From Vicinamibacterales bacterium (lineage in GTDB: Bacteria; Acidobacteriota; Vicinamibacteria; Vicinamibacterales; 2-12-FULL-66-21), in NCBI GenBank assembly GCA_036556425.1, contig DATBJJ010000002.1:1521-65520 (forward strand): a DNA stretch of 64,000 nt. The letters run 5' to 3'. This document shows, one piece after another, positions 8,104-20,081 of this stretch. The translations under genes and the position numbers were made by a program. Positions within the stretch are counted from its first letter, which is position 1; the number at the start of each line of letters is the position of its first letter. The notes under the pieces are model-generated. The model saw only the letters and a list, made by a program, of their open reading frames with translations. It ran no database searches and was not told where the DNA came from.

Positions 8104-9042
8104 ATGCGCACGCAAGGTATGCGGCCGCCCCTGCGGCTCGCGGATGACGTCTGGGTCGTTCGCACCGTCTTCGTCAACGTCTTCTTCGTCAGGACCGACA
8201 GCGCGACCCGCTGGTTTCTCGTCGACGCCGGCGTTCGCGGTTCGGCGGAAACGATCCGGCAGACCGCGCGTGCGCTCTTCGGCAGCGACGCGCGTCCGTT
8301 CGCGCTCGTGCTCACGCACGGGCACTTCGATCACGTCGGATCGCTCCGCCGGCTCGTCGACGAGTGGAACGTCCCGGTGTACGCGCACTGGCGCGAGGTT
8401 CCACATCTGACCGGCAGCGCACCGTACCCACCTCCAGATCCGACGGTCGGCGGGGGTCTTTTCGCGTGGTCGTCTTGGCTCTTCCCGAGCTCGTCGATCG
8501 ACGTGGCGGATCATCTGCTGCCGCTGCCCGAGGACGGCGCGATTCCCGGAGCCACGGGCTGGCGCGCGATTCCAACTCCCGGCCATACGAACGGCCACAT
8601 CGCGCTCTACCGCGAGCGCGACGGCACGTTGATCGCCGGAGACGCGGTGACGACGACCCGGCCGGAATCGGCGACGGCGGTCGCGCGGCAGCGCGCCGAA
8701 GTGCACGGGCCACCCGCGTATTTCACGAGCGACTGGGGCGCCGCGCATCGATCGGTACAAACGCTGGCCGCGTTGAACGCGGAGACGTTGGCGAGCGGCC
8801 ACGGTCCGGTGCTCTACGGCGAGACGATGCGTGAAGAACTGCGCAGGCTCGCGGATGGGTTCGTCGAACGCGCCGTTCCATCGCGGGGCCGCTACGTCCG
8901 GCAGCCGGCGCGAATCGAGCCCGACGGTTCCTTGATTCTTCCACCCGATCCGTTCCGGCCGGCGATGCGCACCGTCTTGGGCGCCGCGGCCGCGGCGGTC
9001 GTCGCGGCCGGCATCGTGAGGCGAATCCGAGCGTCTCGTTAG
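8104..9042 (+). CDS. MBL-fold metallo-hydrolase with C-terminal TM helix
   Basis: HxHxDH motif (LTHGHFDHVG) plus later His/Asp ligands (TPGHTNGH, AGD, SGHG). No N-terminal signal peptide. Hydrophobic tail VLGAAAAAVVAAGIV. Confidence 0.85.
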   Translation: MRTQGMRPPLRLADDVWVVRTVFVNVFFVRTDSATRWFLVDAGVRGSAETIRQTARALFGSDARPFALVLTHGHFDHVGSLRRLVDEWNVPVYAHWREVPHLTGSAPYPPPDPTVGGGLFAWSSWLFPSSSIDVADHLLPLPEDGAIPGATGWRAIPTPGHTNGHIALYRERDGTLIAGDAVTTTRPESATAVARQRAEVHGPPAYFTSDWGAAHRSVQTLAALNAETLASGHGPVLYGETMREELRRLADGFVERAVPSRGRYVRQPARIEPDGSLILPPDPFRPAMRTVLGAAAAAVVAAGIVRRIRASR

Positions 9043-9824
9043 CCTGGTGGGAACGTCTTCAGCCTGATATTCCGGTATTCGACTTTCATCGGCGGCCCGA
9101 CGTGCACTTGCACGCCCAGCAGCCCGTCCGCCGGTCTATTGGGTGCATCGTCGTCGACGACCACCGTCATGAGCCGCCCGTTGACGACGTGCGTCAACGA
9201 GTTGCCGCGCGCGATGATGTGGACGGCGTTCCACTCATCGGTCGCGATCGCCGCCATCTCCGCGGCATCGCCGAAGGTCGAGACCACGATCGGCGGACGG
9301 CCGCCGACGACGCGCGTGAGCTGGCCGCGCACGGCGAGGAATAACCGCCCTTTCTCCTCGTAGTTGTTTCCGACGTATCGCTTCGCGCCGTCGATGTCGC
9401 ACTGGTACCCGCGCATCGCGAACTTGTTGTCGGGCGTCACCGGATCGGGAACGGTCTCGCTTCGATAGTTGATGCCGCTGTTGCCGGCGGCGGTGATCCG
9501 GTATTCGAGCTTGAGCTCGAAATCCTTCGGCCTCCCGCCGCGCCAGATCACGAAGGTGTTGCTCTTGACCACGGTGGTCGGCGTGATCTCGCCGACGAGC
9601 GATCCGTTCTCCGCTCGCCAGTACGCCGGATTTCCCTCCCATCCCGCCAGCGATTTTCCGTCGAAGATCGACTGGAAGCCGGGTTCGTCGCCCTCGATTG
9701 GCTGTGGACGGTCGCTTTGCTTTGGAACGTACTGCGCGGCCCAATTCTCCCGCGCCGCGGCGATTGCGCTTCCAACGAGAGCGCACGCGCCCAGCGAGAT
9801 CGCCGCCGCTATCGCCTTCCTCAT
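9039..9824 (-). CDS. DUF1080 (3-keto-disaccharide hydrolase-like, concanavalin fold) secreted protein
   Basis: Start at ATG 9824 ([24 protein letters not shown]). Family-like segments [32 protein letters not shown] and [19 protein letters not shown]. Confidence 0.8.
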   Translation of the reverse strand: MRKAIAAAISLGACALVGSAIAAARENWAAQYVPKQSDRPQPIEGDEPGFQSIFDGKSLAGWEGNPAYWRAENGSLVGEITPTTVVKSNTFVIWRGGRPKDFELKLEYRITAAGNSGINYRSETVPDPVTPDNKFAMRGYQCDIDGAKRYVGNNYEEKGRLFLAVRGQLTRVVGGRPPIVVSTFGDAAEMAAIATDEWNAVHIIARGNSLTHVVNGRLMTVVVDDDAPNRPADGLLGVQVHVGPPMKVEYRNIRLKTFPPG

Positions 9825-9835
9825 CGTCAGCTCCG

Positions 9836-10915
9836 CTAGGACACGCGCCGCAGCTTCGTGACGCGTCCGACCTCGACCCATTCGACGACGAAGATGTTGC
9901 CGTCGCGATCGAAGCAGGCGCCGTGCGGGCAGATGAACTGACCTGGAATGAACTTGTCGCGCGGCTCGCGCCGGAGCGGATTGTTCCATTGCGGCGCGTT
10001 CGAATCGCCGAGGTGCGCGACGATCGCGTTCTTCTCGTCGAGGAGCGTGACGCGACCGTGCAGATCGGGCACGACGACCATGCCTTTCCGCTCGTCGAAG
10101 TGACACGGCAGCCTGAAGCCTGGCACGAAGTCGATGTGCTTTCCGTCGAGCGCGAACCGCTGCAGCCGGTTGTTCCTTCGATCCGCGACGACGAGCACCG
10201 GCGGCGTGCCGCGCGTATCGACCCAGATCCCGTGCGGCTCGTTCAACTGGCCCGGATCCGCGCCGCGTCCGCCGAACGTGCGCACGTACTCCGCGCGGCT
10301 GTTGTACTGATTGATGTAGAACGAGCCGTAGCCGTCGCCGACGTAGATGTCGCCGTTCGGCGCGATCGCGACGTTGGTCGGGTTGTAGCGCGGCGGCGTA
10401 CCGTCGGCGCCCGGGCGGTACGCGTCGACCGGCGGCGGCCCTTGGATCTTCCACACGATTTCGCCCTTGAGCGTCGCCTTGACGACGACGGCCTGCAGAT
10501 CGGGCTGCGGAGTCATCTTCGGATTCGTCGCGTTGACGGTCAGGTAGAGGAACTCGTCGCGTCCTTCTTTGCGGAGGTGCAGACCGTGCGCGACCCCTCT
10601 GAACTCCTTGCCCCACGAGCGGACGAACTTGCCGTTCCTGTCGAAGACGACCATCGAGTCGGCGCTGTCGCTCGTCGCGTGCACCGTGTGGTGCACGTAG
10701 ATATTGCGCTGCGAGTCTTCGACGACGCCGTGCGTGTTGCCCCACTTGACGCTCGGCGGGAGCACGCCCCAGTCGTGGATCGCCTCGTATCGATGCGCGT
10801 CTTCGCCGAGGATCGGCGCCCGCGTTCCCGCTTTGTCCTGCATGCCGAGGAGCACGGGAGAGGCGAGCGGCGCCACGGCCGCGGTTGCGAGGAATTGGCG
10901 TCGCGTCGTTTTCAT
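9836..10915 (-). CDS. Tat-signal six-bladed beta-propeller (NHL-repeat / PAL-like) protein
   Basis: Start at ATG 10915 ([18 protein letters not shown], twin-arginine). Repeated blade-like segments ([43 protein letters not shown]). Confidence 0.7.
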   Translation of the reverse strand: MKTTRRQFLATAAVAPLASPVLLGMQDKAGTRAPILGEDAHRYEAIHDWGVLPPSVKWGNTHGVVEDSQRNIYVHHTVHATSDSADSMVVFDRNGKFVRSWGKEFRGVAHGLHLRKEGRDEFLYLTVNATNPKMTPQPDLQAVVVKATLKGEIVWKIQGPPPVDAYRPGADGTPPRYNPTNVAIAPNGDIYVGDGYGSFYINQYNSRAEYVRTFGGRGADPGQLNEPHGIWVDTRGTPPVLVVADRRNNRLQRFALDGKHIDFVPGFRLPCHFDERKGMVVVPDLHGRVTLLDEKNAIVAHLGDSNAPQWNNPLRREPRDKFIPGQFICPHGACFDRDGNIFVVEWVEVGRVTKLRRVS

Positions 10916-10926
10916 GTCGTCACCCT

Positions 10927-12402
10927 CTAAGCGAACAGACCGAGATGAGGCTTGCCGATGCCGTCCTTCGTGACGTAGATGGGCCGCTTCTCCGCGACGT
11001 ACGCCGTATCGGGCGGGATGCCGAGCGCGTGATAGATCGTCGCGTGCAGATCTTCCATCACGATCGGGTGCTCGATCGTCGTGCACGGCCGTTCCTCAGC
11101 GGTCTTGCCGTACACGAAGCCTCGCTTGATGCCGCCGCCGAACATCAGCAGCGATCCGGCGGCCGTGAAATGCCGGTGCATGCCGTAGTGCCGCACTTCC
11201 GTCATCACGTCGGGAATGTTGATCGCTTGGTCCTTCACCTCTTTGCCGAATTTGCCTTCGGTGATCGCGTCGCGCCCGAACTCGCTCGCCAGGATCACGA
11301 GCGTGCGATTCAATAGACCGCGCTCGTCGAGATCGCGCACGAGCTGCGCGATCGGCGCGTCGATGATCTTCTTCATGGCTTCCGCGCGCTCGTGGCCGTG
11401 CTCGTGCGTGTCCCAATAGACGAACGGTATGTATTCGGACGTCACCTCGACGTAGCGCGCGCCGCCTTCGATCAGCCGCCGCGCGAGCAGACATCCTTGC
11501 CCGAAGCGGGACGTGTTGTACGCGTCGAATGTCTTCCGCGGCTCGAGCGAGACATCGAACGCCTTGGCGGACGGCGAGTTCAGCAGCCGGTCCGCTGCGT
11601 CGAGCGATCGCACGAGCGATTCGCGTTGGAAGTCGCTTCCGTGCTGCAGCACGGGCTCGCGCGCGAGCAGCTCTTGAAAGAGTTGGCGCCGCGTTCGAAA
11701 CCGCGCGTCGCCGAGCTCTTTCGGCGGGCGCACTGCGGACGCCGCGTCCTGCGGATCGACGATGAGAAACGGACCGTGCTCCGAGCCCAGGAAACCGGCC
11801 GTGTGAAACGCCTTCAGCGTTCCGATCTCGCCGGCGCCTTCGACCGTCTGCCCGATCGCGACGAACGCCGGCATGTCGGGATTCCGTGGACCCAGCGTGC
11901 GCGAGATGACGGAGCCGAGGTGAGGCATGGCCATCGGCTGCGGAGGAATGTAGCCGGTGTGCCAGTGATATTGATGACGCGAGTGGAGGATGAAGCCGAG
12001 ATCCGCCGCCATGAAGGAGCGGATGACGGCGCCGCGATCCATGACGCTGCCGACCTGCTCGAGCCCCTTCGTGAACTTGATGTGATCGACGGCCGTGTCG
12101 ATCGCCGGGAACGTGCTCAACACGTTTTCGATGCGTACGCCTTTCTCGAACGGCGTGTAGCGCTTGGGATCGAACGTCTCGGTCTGCGCCATGCCGCCGG
12201 CCATCCACAGCACGATGACGGCGTCGGCGGTCGCCTTCGGGTTCGGCTGCGCGCCGTGTACGAGCACCGGCTCGCGCCCGGCGAGCGCCGCGAGCGTGCC
12301 GGCGGCCGTCGCGCCCATGAAGCCGCGCCGGCTGATCGCCGAGTAGATCGATCGCTCTTCGCGTGAGAGGGTGGTTTCGGTGGTTGCCATGGCCGTCGTC
12401 AT
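10927..12402 (-). CDS. DUF1501 domain protein (sulfatase/alkaline-phosphatase-superfamily-like), Tat signal
   Basis: SRRGFMGATAAGTLAALAG, then VIVLWMAGGMAQTETFDPK, YWDTHEHGHE and ILASEFGR, typical of DUF1501. Confidence 0.85.
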   Translation of the reverse strand: MTTAMATTETTLSREERSIYSAISRRGFMGATAAGTLAALAGREPVLVHGAQPNPKATADAVIVLWMAGGMAQTETFDPKRYTPFEKGVRIENVLSTFPAIDTAVDHIKFTKGLEQVGSVMDRGAVIRSFMAADLGFILHSRHQYHWHTGYIPPQPMAMPHLGSVISRTLGPRNPDMPAFVAIGQTVEGAGEIGTLKAFHTAGFLGSEHGPFLIVDPQDAASAVRPPKELGDARFRTRRQLFQELLAREPVLQHGSDFQRESLVRSLDAADRLLNSPSAKAFDVSLEPRKTFDAYNTSRFGQGCLLARRLIEGGARYVEVTSEYIPFVYWDTHEHGHERAEAMKKIIDAPIAQLVRDLDERGLLNRTLVILASEFGRDAITEGKFGKEVKDQAINIPDVMTEVRHYGMHRHFTAAGSLLMFGGGIKRGFVYGKTAEERPCTTIEHPIVMEDLHATIYHALGIPPDTAYVAEKRPIYVTKDGIGKPHLGLFA

Positions 12403-12408
12403 CGCGAT

Positions 12409-14916
12409 CTAGTAGATCAGCTGAAATTCCGGCTTCATCAACACGGCCCAGAGAAGATCCGCCAGCCCGGTCGCCGACGGCCGGCCGGCGCGAGACGGAT
12501 CGCGCAGGGCCGCTTCGGAGATTCTACGCTCCGCGGGCGTTGGCGCGCGGCCGAGCGCGTGCCAGAAGACGCGATCGATGGCTTCGCCAATCGTCGCCGC
12601 CGGGGGAGGCGCCGGCAGCGGAGCGCCTTCGGATGGCGGAATCAGTCGTTCGAGATCGGGCGCGCGATCGAAGACGAAGAAGCGCGTCGACGGATTGAGC
12701 GTGCCTCCGATGTCGCTCGCCTTGTTCTCGAGGCCCATGACGCCGCGCAGCTCGGTGAAGCCCTTGCCGGCGATGTCGTAGACGAGCACCGAGGGATTCT
12801 TCACGCGAACGCCAGTGCCGTTCGTGCCCGGCACGCGAATCGCTCCATCCCCGGCTCGAATGCCCGAGCCGTCGATCGGCGTCAGCGACGACAGCGGCGT
12901 CGCGCCTCCAGGACCGATCAGCTCCGCTTGCGCCCACGCGGGCTCGATCGCTTCCGGCACGTTCGAACCGGTTTCCTGCACGACGAGCCAGAGCGTGCGC
13001 GATCGCGAGACGTCGACGACGAACGTGCTCGCCGCGGCGTTCCGCCCCGCGACCGCTCTGTTATAGAGGCTCGTGGGCTCGGGCGGCAGGTCGCCGATCA
13101 TGCGCCTCGCGCCGCGCGACAGCCAACGCGCGAGGATCTCTCCATTCGTCAGCTCCAAGGCCTGCAGCGTCGTCGAGGCCGCCGGACGCATCGAGATGAT
13201 CTGGTCGCGGATCGGACGTCCGAGCGCGCGGGTGAGATTGGAGGAGGCAACGCGCCACTCGCGCGCGTACATGCCGGACGTCGTCGGCTGTGACGGCGCG
13301 CCGCGTCCGGGTGCGGCCGGCGCCGCAGGCGCGGCAGGCGCGGGATTCCTGATCGGCGCGACGTTCCACTCGCCGGTGATCGCGCCGATCGCATCGGCGA
13401 ACTGCTCCGCCGTCAGCCGCCGCACTTCGGGACCGCCGAACACGTAGCCGCGAGCGGGCGCCTCGCTCTTTCGCGAGACCGACGGCATCTGATACGTCCG
13501 CGACGTCGCGATCGTGCGGATCAGATGCTTGAGATCGTATTTGTGCGCGACGAAGTCGGCGGCGAGCCAGTCCAGGAGCGCAGGGCTCCACGGCTCGCCG
13601 TCCATTTCATCCGGGTTGCCGACGATGCCGTGGCCGAGCAGCCGCTGCCAGACGCGGTTCACGATCGTTCTCGGCATGCGGCCCATGCGCGGATCGGTGA
13701 AGATCTCCGCGGCGGCGGCGCGTCGATCCGCGAGCGAGCTGGAGCGCGGCGCGCGCGTCAGCTCGGGAAAGAGAAAGCCCGGTTCCGCGTACGTGTCCTG
13801 CGCGACGTCGCATCGGTACAGCCGCAGCCTCGGCTCGGGCGCGAAGTACGCCGCGAGGCCGTACGCATCTTTCAACTTCCAGCGGTTCACGAAGCTGTCG
13901 TGGCACGAGGTGCACTTCAGGTTGATGCCGAGAAACACCTGCGCCGTGTTCTGCGACGCCTGCATCCACGGCGTGACCGCCGCGCTCGTCTCGCCGCGCC
14001 AGTTCACGCCGACGAGAAAGCCTTCGGGATCGGAGGGCAGCGTTGGATTGAGCAGCGTGGCGACGAAGCGGTCGTACGGGAGATTCGATCGAAGCGCTCG
14101 ATGCAGCCAATCGGTGATGCTCTTGCGTCCCGCCGTTTCGGAAAAGTACGTGACGCCATCCTCGTTCCGAAGGAGATCGTTCCAGAACGAAATCCAGTGA
14201 TCGGCGTACTTGTCGGCGTCGGCGAGCAGCCGATCGACGAGCGCGTCGCGTTTGTTCGGCGACGCATCGGCCGCGAACGCGCGGAGCTCACCGGGCGTGG
14301 GCAGGAGTCCCCAGACATCGAGATACACGCGGCGTGCGAACAGCGCGTCGGGGATGCCCGCCGGCATCGCTTGCCGCGTCGACAGATAGGCCGAGACGAA
14401 CCGATCGATCGGGGCGTTCCAACGCGTCCACGCCGCGGTGGGCAGGGCCGGACGATCGAGCGCGAGCGGCGCTTCCCACGGCGCGGGCGCCGGCGGAGCG
14501 GCGGGCGCCGCACGCGCGCCTTCGTCGATCCACGCGCGAATGATCGCGATCTCGTTCGAGTCGAGCGGGAGCTCGTCCTTCGGCATGCGAGGCTCGACGC
14601 TGCCGGTGACGCGATGGATCAGCAAGCTGTTGCCGCTGTTTCCCGGCCGCACGACCGGGCCGTCCTTGCCGCCCTCCAGCACGTCCGCGTACGCGGCGAG
14701 CGAGAGTCCGCCCTTCCGCTTGTCCTGCGAATGGCATTCGAGACAGCGCTCCGCCAGGATCGGCTGCACCTGACGCTGAAAGTCGATGCGTCCCGCGCGC
14801 GCCGCAGGCACGCGGGTGGTCTGCTGCGGCGGGCTCTGCGCGAAGACGATCGACGCCGCCAGCCCGCAGACGCCGAGCGTCACGAGCGATCGAGAGCGGA
14901 TGTTCGGAAGACTCAT
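12409..14916 (-). CDS. PSCyt1 / DUF1549 / DUF1553 / PSD1-type multidomain protein
   Basis: N-terminal heme-like motif ERCLECHSQDKRKGGLSL (planctomycete cytochrome c domain). DUF1549-like FARRVYLDVWGLLPTPGE. DUF1553-like CTSCHDSFVNRWKLKD. C-terminal LADLLWAVLMKPEFQLIY. Confidence 0.85.
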   Translation of the reverse strand: MSLPNIRSRSLVTLGVCGLAASIVFAQSPPQQTTRVPAARAGRIDFQRQVQPILAERCLECHSQDKRKGGLSLAAYADVLEGGKDGPVVRPGNSGNSLLIHRVTGSVEPRMPKDELPLDSNEIAIIRAWIDEGARAAPAAPPAPAPWEAPLALDRPALPTAAWTRWNAPIDRFVSAYLSTRQAMPAGIPDALFARRVYLDVWGLLPTPGELRAFAADASPNKRDALVDRLLADADKYADHWISFWNDLLRNEDGVTYFSETAGRKSITDWLHRALRSNLPYDRFVATLLNPTLPSDPEGFLVGVNWRGETSAAVTPWMQASQNTAQVFLGINLKCTSCHDSFVNRWKLKDAYGLAAYFAPEPRLRLYRCDVAQDTYAEPGFLFPELTRAPRSSSLADRRAAAAEIFTDPRMGRMPRTIVNRVWQRLLGHGIVGNPDEMDGEPWSPALLDWLAADFVAHKYDLKHLIRTIATSRTYQMPSVSRKSEAPARGYVFGGPEVRRLTAEQFADAIGAITGEWNVAPIRNPAPAAPAAPAAPGRGAPSQPTTSGMYAREWRVASSNLTRALGRPIRDQIISMRPAASTTLQALELTNGEILARWLSRGARRMIGDLPPEPTSLYNRAVAGRNAAASTFVVDVSRSRTLWLVVQETGSNVPEAIEPAWAQAELIGPGGATPLSSLTPIDGSGIRAGDGAIRVPGTNGTGVRVKNPSVLVYDIAGKGFTELRGVMGLENKASDIGGTLNPSTRFFVFDRAPDLERLIPPSEGAPLPAPPPAATIGEAIDRVFWHALGRAPTPAERRISEAALRDPSRAGRPSATGLADLLWAVLMKPEFQLIY

Positions 14917-15740
14917 GGGCTGACGCGAGGGGTGTCGGGTCTCGCGTAATGATAGCCGTCCGACTCCGCGACGGCGACGGGCATTCCAAACAGCTCAGTC
15001 AGGCGCGCGGAGGTGAGCGCGACACGTTTGACACCGTCCGCCACGATACGTCCCGAGTGGAGGAGCACCACGCGATCGATCTCCGGAATGATCTCCTCGA
15101 TGTGATGCGTGATCAGGATGACGGTCGTGCCCTGGCGCGCGATCTCGCGGATCCGTTCCATGAACCCGTGCCGGGCGGCGAGGTCGAGGCCCGTCGTCGG
15201 CTCGTCGAGGACGAGCGCGCGCGGCGAGGTCACGAGCACGCGCGCCAGCATCACGCGGCGCGCTTCGCCGCTCGACATCCGATCGAGCCATCGCGTGGCC
15301 AGATGCGGCGCGCCGACGATCTCGAGCGCGCGCGCGGCTCTCGCGCGCATGTCGTCGGTGATGCGCCCGTACCGAAGGATGCCGTGCGACGCGAGAAACG
15401 CCGAGAGCACCGCCGCGTCGCCGCGAATCCGCCCTTCGCTGTTGCCCGCGACGAAATGCAGATGGAGATCCGCCGACACGATGCCAAGCTGCGCGCGCAG
15501 CTCGGCCACGTTCCAGTCCGCTTCGCCGAAGACGCACACCGGCGGCGTGCCGTCGATGCGGGCGAGCGGGCGTTCGTCGTGCGTCAGGAGATTGAGGAGG
15601 AGCGATTTGCCCGCGCCGTTCGGCCCGAGAATCGCGGTGTGTTCCCCATCGTGAATCGTCAGCGAGAGCCCGTCGAGCACGCACCGATCGTCCTTGACGA
15701 GGGTCGCGTCCGAGAGCTCCAAGATTGGCCGTCGGTTCAC
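14913..15740 (-). CDS. Orphan ABC-type ATPase (single NBD, YlmA/ModF-like), no cognate permease adjacent
   Basis: Walker A GPNGAGKS, signature MSSGEARRVMLAR, Walker B LVLDEPTTGLD, H-loop ITHH. GTG start. Its TGA overlaps the ATG of the downstream gene (ATGA). Confidence 0.85.
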   Translation of the reverse strand: MNRRPILELSDATLVKDDRCVLDGLSLTIHDGEHTAILGPNGAGKSLLLNLLTHDERPLARIDGTPPVCVFGEADWNVAELRAQLGIVSADLHLHFVAGNSEGRIRGDAAVLSAFLASHGILRYGRITDDMRARAARALEIVGAPHLATRWLDRMSSGEARRVMLARVLVTSPRALVLDEPTTGLDLAARHGFMERIREIARQGTTVILITHHIEEIIPEIDRVVLLHSGRIVADGVKRVALTSARLTELFGMPVAVAESDGYHYARPDTPRVSP

Positions 15741-15780
15741 CGACGGTGATCATGCCATGAGTTGGGAAGGGCGCGTAATA

Positions 15781-16063
15781 GTCGGGAGTCGGCAGTCGGA
15801 AGTCGGGAGTCGCGGTCGGCAGTCACAGTCGGCAGTCAGTCGGGAGTCAGTCGGAAGTCAGTCGGCAGTCTGAGTCGATAGGCACAGTCAACAGACGTGC
15901 GTCCGCTGCAAAGATTGTCGATCGCCGGCTGCGACTGTCGACTCTCGACTGTCGACTCTCGACTGTCGACTCTGGACTGTCGACTGTCGACTGTCGACTC
16001 TCGACTGTCGACTGTGACTGTCGACTGCGACTCCCGACTTCCGACTGACGACTCCCGACTGAC
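15781..16063. repeat. Heptamer-array inverted repeat, GACTNNC family (locus R2)
   Basis: The left arm has 14 AGTC-containing units (gggagtc ggcagtc ggaagtc ...). The right arm has 19 GACT-containing units (gactgtc gactctc ...). Part of the outer ends, a 19-nt tract, is perfectly complementary (gtcggaagtcgggagtcgc / gcgactcccgacttccgac). Confidence 0.9.
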
Positions 16064-16075
16064 ACATTTCTCCAA

Positions 16076-16659
16076 CTAGCCGCCCCAATCGGATGAAGCG
16101 AGCGCAGTCTCGAGACACTTCGGGCAGATGCCGTGGCTGAATTTCACGTCCGCGTGCTCGGTCACGTACTCCTCGACGCGGTGCCAATAGTCCGAGTCGT
16201 CGCGAATGGCCTTACAGTAGCTGCAGATCGGCAGCAGCCCGTTCAGGCGGCGCACGTTCGCCAGCGCGGATTCGAGCTCGGTGACCTTTCCCGCCAGACG
16301 CTGTTGAAGATCGATGATGCGCGTGCCCGCGTTCACGCGCGCGCGCAGCTCCTGCGGATCGAACGGCTTCACGAGATAGTCGTCCGCGCCGGCGTCGAGC
16401 CCGGCGACGATGTCGGCGCGCTCGGTCTTCGACGTGAGCAGGATCAGATAGTTCGTGCCGCCGGCCTCTCGCAGGCGCCGGCAGACGTCGGGGCCGTCGA
16501 GGCCCGGCATCATCCAGTCGAGCAGTGCGAGCTGCGGCGGCTGCTCCGACACGAGCTCGGCGAGCGCCGCGGGCCCGTCTTTCACCAGCACCGTCTCGTG
16601 CCCCCACGAGCGGTTCAACTGCTCGAGGATGCGCGCGGTCACGACGTCGTCTTCAGCGA

Positions 16660-16672
<13 letters not shown>
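16076..16672 (-). CDS. Response regulator: receiver + coiled-coil + C-terminal four-Cys module
   Basis: MRILIAEDD...[11 protein letters not shown]...LVKPF receiver. C-terminus [40 protein letters not shown]. Start at ATG 16672, overlapping the kinase gene by 13 nt. Confidence 0.9.
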
Positions 16673-19397
<2,725 letters not shown>

Positions 19398-19401
<4 letters not shown>

Positions 19402-19982
19402 CGATCTCCTGCGGCGGCCCGGACGGGGTGCACCGTCCGCGCGAGCGCCAGCAGCTTCGAGCTCACCTTGAGCTTCGACCGCTCCGCTGCGTCGAGGTTG
19501 ATGTCGAATCGCACGTGGTTGCCTTCCTGCGTGAGCGCGATCACGCCTCCTTGGTGGCAGAACTTGTCGACGTCGGAGACGGTCAGCACGCTGGTGCCGT
19601 CGAGCCGCTTCAACAGGTCCGGGATGCGCGATTTCTCCGACGCGCCGACGAAGAACAGATCCAGGCTGGCGAGGTCGTCGTTGGCCGTGACGCGGCGCGA
19701 CGCGAGCGAGCGGCCGTTGACCGATTTGCCCCGGACGATCTCGCGCAGCGAGTCGCTGACGTTGTCGTTGCCGAGCACGCCGATCTGGAGCGGCCCGGCA
19801 TCGCCGTCCGGCCACTCGACGAACTTCGCGAAGTTGAAGAGAAACGCCGCCTTCACCTCGTCGATCGTCGCGGTCTGGCTGCGCGCCCCGGTCGAGAGCG
19901 CCGCGACACACAGCACCGTTAGCGCGGCGGCGAGCCGCGCGCGATACGTCACGAGTGTCGACGCCGAACCAGAGTTCCCCAT
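19398..19982 (-). CDS. YfiR-family (DUF4154) periplasmic protein
   Basis: Signal peptide, then [16 protein letters not shown] and VLTVSD...GGVIAL...FDINL, typical of DUF4154. Confidence 0.8.
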
Positions 19983-20081
19983 CCGTGCGCTCAGAGCTCC
20001 ACGACTAGCGCCGCGCCAGAATCGTCACAGCCTTTTCAGTTCTGTGATTGCGCGCTTCTGCACGGCGGCGCAGCGAGCGCA

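Noticed and set aside
8104-9042. Calling the MBL-fold gene a metallo-beta-lactamase resistance gene because it follows blaI/blaR1.
   Set aside because: It has no N-terminal export signal but does have a C-terminal TM anchor. It shows only the generic HxHxDH superfamily motif, and the BlaR1-like protein lacks a beta-lactam-sensing domain.
15836-16187. Short ORFs translating the heptamer arrays. Examples are SRQSTVDSRQS-type peptides at 15836..16187, 33985..34260 and 32170..32340, and RVQGCRVQG / PAPLHPAPLH-type peptides at 5524..5994, 5563..5756 and 39698..39892.
   Set aside because: The periodic peptide sequence is a by-product of the 7-nt DNA period. All frames and both strands are open, and no start/RBS context or protein-like composition is present.
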